Assembly (NCBI RefSeq): GCF_000829235.1
Contig: NZ_AP012549.1
Location: forward strand, 1,740,001 to 1,772,000
DNA length: 32,000 bases
Source: a cyanobacterium endosymbiont of Epithemia turgida isolate EtSB Lake Yunoko
GTDB taxonomy: Bacteria; Cyanobacteriota; Cyanobacteriia; Cyanobacteriales; Microcystaceae
Direction: 5' to 3'
The notes beneath the pieces are model-generated. The model was given only the letters and a program-made list of their open reading frames with translations, was not told where the DNA came from and did not search any database. The position numbers were made by a program, and so were the translations under genes. Below are positions 26,543 to 32,000 of this stretch, piece by piece. Numbering within the stretch: the stretch's first letter is position 1; every line of letters starts with the position of its first letter.

Positions 26543-27685
26543 TTAACAAAGATTAATTTTACCAGCTTGTACCTTAAGAATTTGGGAGGATTGTAACCAT
26601 TGAGTATCAAAAGAATGTAAATGAGTAGTCGTAATTAAAGTTTGACATCGTCCTTGAATTGCTTCTAATAGTTGGTTTTGGCGATTGGGATCAAGTTCAG
26701 CTAATACATCATCGAGTAATAATAATGGCGGTTCTCCTATCACCTTTTCAATCAATTGGAGCTCTGACAGTTTTAAGGATAATACAAGAGTCCGTTGTTG
26801 TCCTTGGGAGCCAGAAGATTTAGCAGGAGTTTTGTTAATTGTAAATTTCACATCATCTCGATGAGGTCCTACTAAGCTTGTCCCTAATTGTTGTTCTGCA
26901 ATGCGACACTGTTCCATCTTATCAAGAAATGCTTCTTTCACTTGAGTTGGATCATCTGAATCACAGAAAATATTAGGTAGATAGGTAATTTCTAAGATTT
27001 CTTGTCCTCCACTAATATTTTTATGCCAAGTTTGAGCTAAAGAGGTTAATCTTTCTACTACTCTAGCCCTTCGCCTTGTTACCCGTGAACCAGTCTCTAC
27101 TAACTGCCGATCCCAAAGGTGCAATTGAGATATCTGGAACTCTAAATCAGCAGATGTTGCTTGTTCAGCGACTTTTTTTCGTAATTTTTTTAGTAGGGCA
27201 TTACGTTGACGTAAAACCTGATAGTATTCGTGTAATATGTAAGTATAAACCGGTTCTAGTTGAACTAATAGAGTATCTAGCCAACTTCGACGAGTATCAG
27301 GTGAACCCCTAACTAGGTCTAAGTCTAAGGACGAAAACCCTACCGCGTTAAGACTTCCCAAAAATTCCAGATGGCGGCGTATATTTTCCTGGTTCAGAGT
27401 TAAAGTTCGTCTTCCTGGGGAACGCAGGATAATGCTGAGGTCTGATTTCCCGTAGGTTCGTTCAACATTACCCAAAATTTTCCCTATCTTCTTTCCTTCA
27501 AAAATTAAATCATGATCGCGGTTTGTTCGATGACTTTTGAGAGTAGCTAATAATTCCACTGCTTCAAGGATATTGGACTTTCCTTGGGCATTATTTCCTA
27601 ACAAAATAGTTTTTTGCCGATCAAATTTAACTGATTGTTCAAAATAATTCCGAAAATTATGTAAACGTAAGGTTTTGAGATACAT
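26543..27685 (-). CDS. recF: DNA replication and repair protein RecF
   Basis: 380 aa. MYLKTLRLHNFRNY, Walker A GNNAQGKSNILEA, signature SGSQGQQRTLVLSLKLSE, Walker B LLLLDDVLAELD. Confidence 0.95.
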   Translation of the reverse strand: MYLKTLRLHNFRNYFEQSVKFDRQKTILLGNNAQGKSNILEAVELLATLKSHRTNRDHDLIFEGKKIGKILGNVERTYGKSDLSIILRSPGRRTLTLNQENIRRHLEFLGSLNAVGFSSLDLDLVRGSPDTRRSWLDTLLVQLEPVYTYILHEYYQVLRQRNALLKKLRKKVAEQATSADLEFQISQLHLWDRQLVETGSRVTRRRARVVERLTSLAQTWHKNISGGQEILEITYLPNIFCDSDDPTQVKEAFLDKMEQCRIAEQQLGTSLVGPHRDDVKFTINKTPAKSSGSQGQQRTLVLSLKLSELQLIEKVIGEPPLLLLDDVLAELDPNRQNQLLEAIQGRCQTLITTTHLHSFDTQWLQSSQILKVQAGKINLC

Positions 27686-28059
27686 TTTTTAGGCAGAGGG
27701 AAAAGAAGGGGATAGATAGTAGGGGATAAATCGAATGTATTGTAACCCTTCTCTTCTGCTTCCAACGTAAATTCCAATTATAAAGAAAATACAAGTATAA
27801 ATACTTTAATCGACTCAATTGAAGTATTAGCTTAGACAAAAATATGTAGTATTTCCTTAAAAGTTTAATATTTTTTCAATAAAGCTAAATTTTCTATGAA
27901 AATAATAATGGGCTTTTTCTCTTAAATTAATTTAATTTCTCGAAGAACAATATCGTATATGATGAACTGATGTGTTTAAAGTCGGGGTAGAAAAAGATTT
28001 TATTTGAGTCAAGGAGATAAACTTAAATAAATTTAAAATAAAAAAGTAATAAAAAGAAC

Positions 28060-28795
28060 GATTACTATATTCCAGCTTACCTAAAGATTCAGCTAGTAGA
28101 GTTAGAATAACAAAAACTATCAAAGTTGACTAGCGATCCGAAAATTTACTTCAGAACAAGAACAATAGCAGAAATATTATATTTAAACCCATTAAACCTA
28201 AGAGGATCGAAAGTTAAAGAAATTGCAGACTAGGTGAAATTATTATAAAGTGCAATTTCTAGAAAAATTAGTCTAATCAATAATATAAACTATAGGAATA
28301 TATAGACTAGTTTTACATATCTTCCAAAGAGAACAAATAGCAAGAAATAAAAAATCAAAGAAAATAAATGAGTCGAGAGAATGTTTAAAATAAATATAAG
28401 TTGAACTCATAAAACCAAGAAAGTTAACTAACTAAACACTAAATAAAATAGTCTAAACCCTATTCAATAGGTTAAAATTAGTGTTAAATTTACGCCAGCC
28501 AATCAATATCTCTATGAATTTTGAGATTTGTTTGAGTTTCTTCTGCTAGGGTATTCTTCGGTTCTATTAGTATGAGTTAACAGTCCACTTAACAGCCGAA
28601 TAGTTCTTGACAGAGTGTCGTTTATTCTATGTAGGACTACTTTATTGAAGCTTACACAGCTTAATTTAAATAAGTTTTATTGAATCGCTTCTTCAAGAAT
28701 TAAGATCCGTTACCTGATTTCACAATTTTTTGAGCAGGTATTAGAGATTATTTCTTGGACCTTATTGAGACTTTTAGATTCAGACATAGAATAGA
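28060..28795 (+). mobile_element. Decayed IS630/Tc1-mariner-like transposase relic, copy B; no intact ORF
   Basis: The 5' part aligns with copy C (28071-28106) and copy A (28124-28245). The translation gives ..IPAYLKIQLVELE*..RTIAEILYLNPLNLRGSKVKEIAD*VKLL*SAISRKI (HTH-like). At 28705-28794 it gives IRYLISQFFEQVLEIISWTLLRLLDSDIE*, resembling ..PYSPDFNPIEQVWSKLK..LR... It ends 10 nt before the fumC stop. Confidence 0.4.
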
Positions 28796-28804
28796 CATAA
28801 TAGT

Positions 28805-30199
28805 TTATGGTTTATCCTGCAGAGGATAAGCCATCTCTTCAGGACTAACGAAAAAATCAAATTCTTCAGCAGACAGAAAACCCAAACTAACACAGGCTTC
28901 CTTTAAAGTTATCTGTTCAACATAAGCTTTCTTTGCGACTTTTGCTGCATTATCATAACCAATATGAGGATTTAGCGAAGTTACTAACATTAGAGAGTTG
29001 TTTAAATAATCTTCAATTTTTTCCCTGTTAGGTTCAATACCTAAAACTAAATGGTCTGTAAAAGAGGAACAAGCATCGGCTAATAATCGAATAGAATTTA
29101 GAATATTAAAAATCAATATAGGTTTAAAAACATTTAGTTCAAAATTTCCCTGACTTCCTGCTATTCCTATAGCTGAATCATTACCTATTACTTGTACACA
29201 AACCATGGTCATTGCTTCACATTGCGTGGGGTTAACTTTCCCTGGCATAATTGAAGACCCCGGTTCATTTTCCGGCAATATTAATTCTCCTAAACCACAA
29301 CGAGGACCCGATGCTAACCAGCGAATATCATTCGCAATTTTCATCAGGGAACCTGCTAAGGTTTTAATGGTTCCACTAGTCATCACTATAGCATCATGGG
29401 CGGCTAAAGCGGCAAATTTATTAGGAGAGGAAACAAAAGGTAAATTGGTTAACTGAGCGATTTCATCCGCTACCCGTTGGGCAAAATCTGGGTGAGTATT
29501 CAACCCAGTCCCAACTGCCGTTCCCCCAATTGCTAATTCATAGAGGTCAGGTAAAATTCGTTGAAGGCGATCAATATTTTTATCAAGTTGAGAAATATAG
29601 CCTGAAAATTCCTGTCCTAAACTTAAAGGAACCGCATCCATAAGATGGGTTCTACCAATTTTTATAATGTCATGAAATTTTTTTTCTTTTATTGCTAAAG
29701 CATCCCGTAATTTCATCACCATTGGCAATAAATTATACTGAATTTTTTCTACCGTAGCAATGTGCATCGCCGTAGGAAAAGTATCATTAGAAGACTGAGA
29801 CATATTAACATGATCATTGGGATGAATAGGGTCTTTACTCCCTAAAACACCTCCCGCTAATTCAATCCCTCGGTTTGCGATTACTTCATTTGCATTCATG
29901 TTGGTTTGCGTGCCACTTCCTGTTTGCCAAATACTCAAAGGAAAGTGAGAACAAAGATCTCCCGCAATGACTTCATCTGCGGCTTGTGTAATTAATACAA
30001 CTTTCTCAGAGGGCAATTTTCCTAAGTCATAATTAACTTTAGCCGCCGCCTTTTTTAAAATACCAAAAGCCCTAATCATTTCTGGAGGCATGATATCATT
30101 ACCAATAGCAAAATAATGGAGTGAGCGCTGAGTTTGCGCTCCCCAGTAGCAGTCATCTGGGACATCAATAGCTCCTATACTGTCGGTTTCAGTTCGCAT
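28805..30199 (-). CDS. fumC: Class II fumarate hydratase
   Basis: 464 aa. [23 protein letters not shown] and the lyase signature [16 protein letters not shown]. Confidence 0.97.
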   Translation of the reverse strand: MRTETDSIGAIDVPDDCYWGAQTQRSLHYFAIGNDIMPPEMIRAFGILKKAAAKVNYDLGKLPSEKVVLITQAADEVIAGDLCSHFPLSIWQTGSGTQTNMNANEVIANRGIELAGGVLGSKDPIHPNDHVNMSQSSNDTFPTAMHIATVEKIQYNLLPMVMKLRDALAIKEKKFHDIIKIGRTHLMDAVPLSLGQEFSGYISQLDKNIDRLQRILPDLYELAIGGTAVGTGLNTHPDFAQRVADEIAQLTNLPFVSSPNKFAALAAHDAIVMTSGTIKTLAGSLMKIANDIRWLASGPRCGLGELILPENEPGSSIMPGKVNPTQCEAMTMVCVQVIGNDSAIGIAGSQGNFELNVFKPILIFNILNSIRLLADACSSFTDHLVLGIEPNREKIEDYLNNSLMLVTSLNPHIGYDNAAKVAKKAYVEQITLKEACVSLGFLSAEEFDFFVSPEEMAYPLQDKP

Positions 30200-30589
30200 G
30201 CCATCTCTTCATAAGGTACTATAACTATATGTCATAATTATACTCCATAGTTTCCCGGACTTCTTGTGGTAAAATCCAAAACTATCCCTCGTAATAGACT
30301 TCTAAAATAATTAGACTGAATCCTATTTTTTATTTAAAAATCTATGAGGTTCAGAACTATTTATTAATTAAAGTAACCGGGTATATTTTAGTATCTCTTG
30401 GGGAAGATTAACTAGTTTTTATTTTATGGAAGTTTTAGGTTTTGAAAAACCAAGAAGTCTATAGTTCGTAATTTTTTATTATGCTAAACGTAAGTTTTAA
30501 AATTAAAAAGATAAAAATTAAAACGATGCGTATAATTGATAACGACTTAATTTTGAACTTAAAAGATATACAACTATTTACCTATAACT

Positions 30590-31150
30590 CAATCTGAACG
30601 TGCCCTAATTATAGGCATCACTGGCTAAGATGGCTCTTATCTAAGTAAATTTTTATTAAAACAGAGATACAAAGTTGACGGGATTATTCGACAAATTTTA
30701 ACGTTTAATACTAATCTGGTAGCTCATTCCTCCATTATAGAGATTTAACTGCTAGTGTCACCTTCTGTTGAATTTTAGAATAAGTAAAACTTGTTGAGAT
30801 TTATAATTTAGGAGCATAATCTCACGTTATGGTCAGTTTTAATTCTCCAGAATATACTGTAGACTGAGTGGAAATCGGAACTTTTCGATTTCTAGAAGCC
30901 ATTTGAGACTACTCACACTGCACAGGAATTGAAGTACGCTTTTATCAAGCAGGATCATCAGAAATGTTTGGGAAGGTTCAAGAGATTACCCAAAAAGAAA
31001 CTATCCCCTTTTATCCTTGTAGTCCCTACGCATGTACCAAAGTTAACGCTCATTGACAAACGGTAAATTATTGAGAATCTTACAATTTATTTGCTTGTCA
31101 TGGGATTTTGTTCAACCATGAATCCCCGACTTACAGGTTCTGAAAAATTG
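30590..31150 (+). pseudogene. gmd: GDP-mannose 4,6-dehydratase pseudogene (N-terminal ~55% only; one frameshift, at least 8 in-frame stops)
   Basis: The translation reads RALIIGITG*DGSYLSKFLLKQRYKVDGIIRQ (TAA at 30626-28 replaces the Gln of GITGQDGSYL). It continues DLT..[38 protein letters not shown], then [63 protein letters not shown]. These track Gmd motifs in order. Confidence 0.85.
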
Positions 31151-31172
31151 TTAACATGTAGCTAATAAATCC

Positions 31173-31500
31173 GATATTGTTATTATTTATTTGGCTGCCC
31201 ATGTGGGAGGAATTGGCTTAAATCGAGAATCCCCCGCCGAATTATATGACGATAATTTTATAATGAGAACTCAGTTAATTCACGCTGCTTATGAATCAGG
31301 AATAGAAAAGTTTATCTGTATGATAACAATTTATGCTTGCCTGAAGTTCACATATATTACTTTTTAAAAAGATGATTTTTAGAATATATATCCATAATAA
31401 ACTAACGCTTTTTATAATTTTGTCAAGAAGGCTTTATTAGTTCAACTTAAATTTTATTACTTGCAATATATATTTAATATAATTAATATTTTTAAATTAA
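31173..31500 (+). pseudogene. fcl: GDP-L-fucose synthase pseudogene (lacks ~60 N-terminal codons; multiple in-frame stops; decays into AT-rich sequence after about 31500)
   Basis: A single frame reads DIVIIYLAAHVGGIGLNRESPAELYDDNFIMRTQLIHAAYESGIEKFICMITIYACLKFTYITF*KDDF*NIYP**TNAFYNFVKKALLVQLKFYYLQYIFN. This matches the Fcl/WcaG core (..HLAAxVGGIxxN..P.ef..dNl.m....i.aa...gv.K....gs.C.YPk......E..l..G..E.TN..Y..AK......). Confidence 0.8.
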
Positions 31501-32000
31501 TTTATATGAATATAAATATTGTTTTAATTACCATATTTTTTATGCCATTTCTATTTTAATTTTAAAAAGATATAAAGCCTGATTACGAGTATATGAAACC
31601 CTTTATATTTAGGATAATGGTTCTTTTAGGAGATATTTTTTATACTTAATAAATACAGAAAAATAAATGATAATTAAAATTTAATTGCATAGTTATTTAC
31701 CCCTTGCTAACTTAGCAATAAATAATGAAATTTTTATTTAAAATCTAGAAAAATAGTCTATAAATTTATATTTTTAATAAAATATTATGCAATAAAAATA
31801 TAAATTAAATCATAAATATAATCGTTAATCAAGTATAAATCATGTACTAAAAATTGTAATCGTAAAATACAAGCCGAATTAAAATAATAGTTCAATAATA
31901 CTATCCATTTTTAGAGTAAGGATAGCAATAAAATAACTGCCTTAATCTTGATTATTTTTGAAAAAAATCGGAAATATTTTTAAGGTTTCCGCTAATAAAT

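Noticed and set aside
27076-27839. ORFs 27076-27312 (+) and 27657-27839 (-)
   Set aside because: The first is antisense inside recF. The second overlaps the recF start and runs into an AT-rich spacer with a low-complexity peptide.
27932-28123. 63-aa minus-strand ORF
   Set aside because: It lies antisense to the decayed IS630-like relic (copy B) in AT-rich DNA, so it is probably a chance ORF.
29205-29456. 83-aa plus-strand ORF
   Set aside because: Antisense shadow inside fumC.
1-32000. HIP1 (GCGATCGC), the highly iterated cyanobacterial palindrome
   Set aside because: By eye I found only half-sites (for example AGCGATCC at 156 and 28132, GGCGATCT at 15370 and 16452, CCGATCGCC at 11903) and no intact octamer. 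This may reflect lineage or AT-driven erosion. A manual scan can miss occurrences, so I make no claim.
1-32000. tRNA, rRNA, tmRNA and RNase P genes
   Set aside because: I found no GTTCGAATC/GGTTCAAATCC-type T-arm with a matching acceptor stem, and no rRNA-like conserved blocks in the spacers. A tRNAscan/Infernal run would be decisive.

Overview
This 32-kb window is strongly AT-rich, and all of its intact genes are cyanobacterial-type housekeeping or respiratory genes. They resemble the unicellular diazotrophic Cyanothece/Crocosphaera group, but that placement is my inference from protein sequences, not a search result.

By the ORF coordinates, only about 18.7 kb (about 58%) is intact coding sequence. 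The long spacers look even more AT-rich and contain recognisable gene remnants:
- gmd and fcl
- a CofH/MqnC-family radical-SAM gene
- a pentapeptide-repeat gene
- an XisH-like gene
- three IS630-like transposase relics

This pattern fits a genome undergoing reductive evolution, for example an obligate endosymbiont of the diatom spheroid-body type. That is also an inference.

Intact genes, in order:
- an orphan amino-acid-type solute-binding lipoprotein and an AI-2E/PerM-family permease
- a small secreted, C-terminally anchored protein
- NDH-2, divergent from an operon of two DUF2231 membrane proteins, ctaC/ctaD/ctaE and a GMC flavoprotein. The ctaC lacks its CuA ligands, which marks the oxidase as ARTO-like.
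- a DUF1232 protein and purD
- two small unknown genes
- lysS
- a 70-aa conserved ORF
- a MidA/NDUFAF7-like methyltransferase
- a TM + coiled-coil + BRCT gene interrupted by a frameshift at an A7 run
- recF and fumC

The items most worth a second look are:
- the DUF2231 pair joined to the CuA-less oxidase and the GMC gene
- the slippery-site frameshift in the BRCT gene next to recF, and its near-perfect 126-bp internal duplication
- the gmd-fcl remnants fused by a deletion
- the small repeated palindromes and IS relics in the spacers

I recognised no rRNA, tRNA, CRISPR array or canonical defence system.
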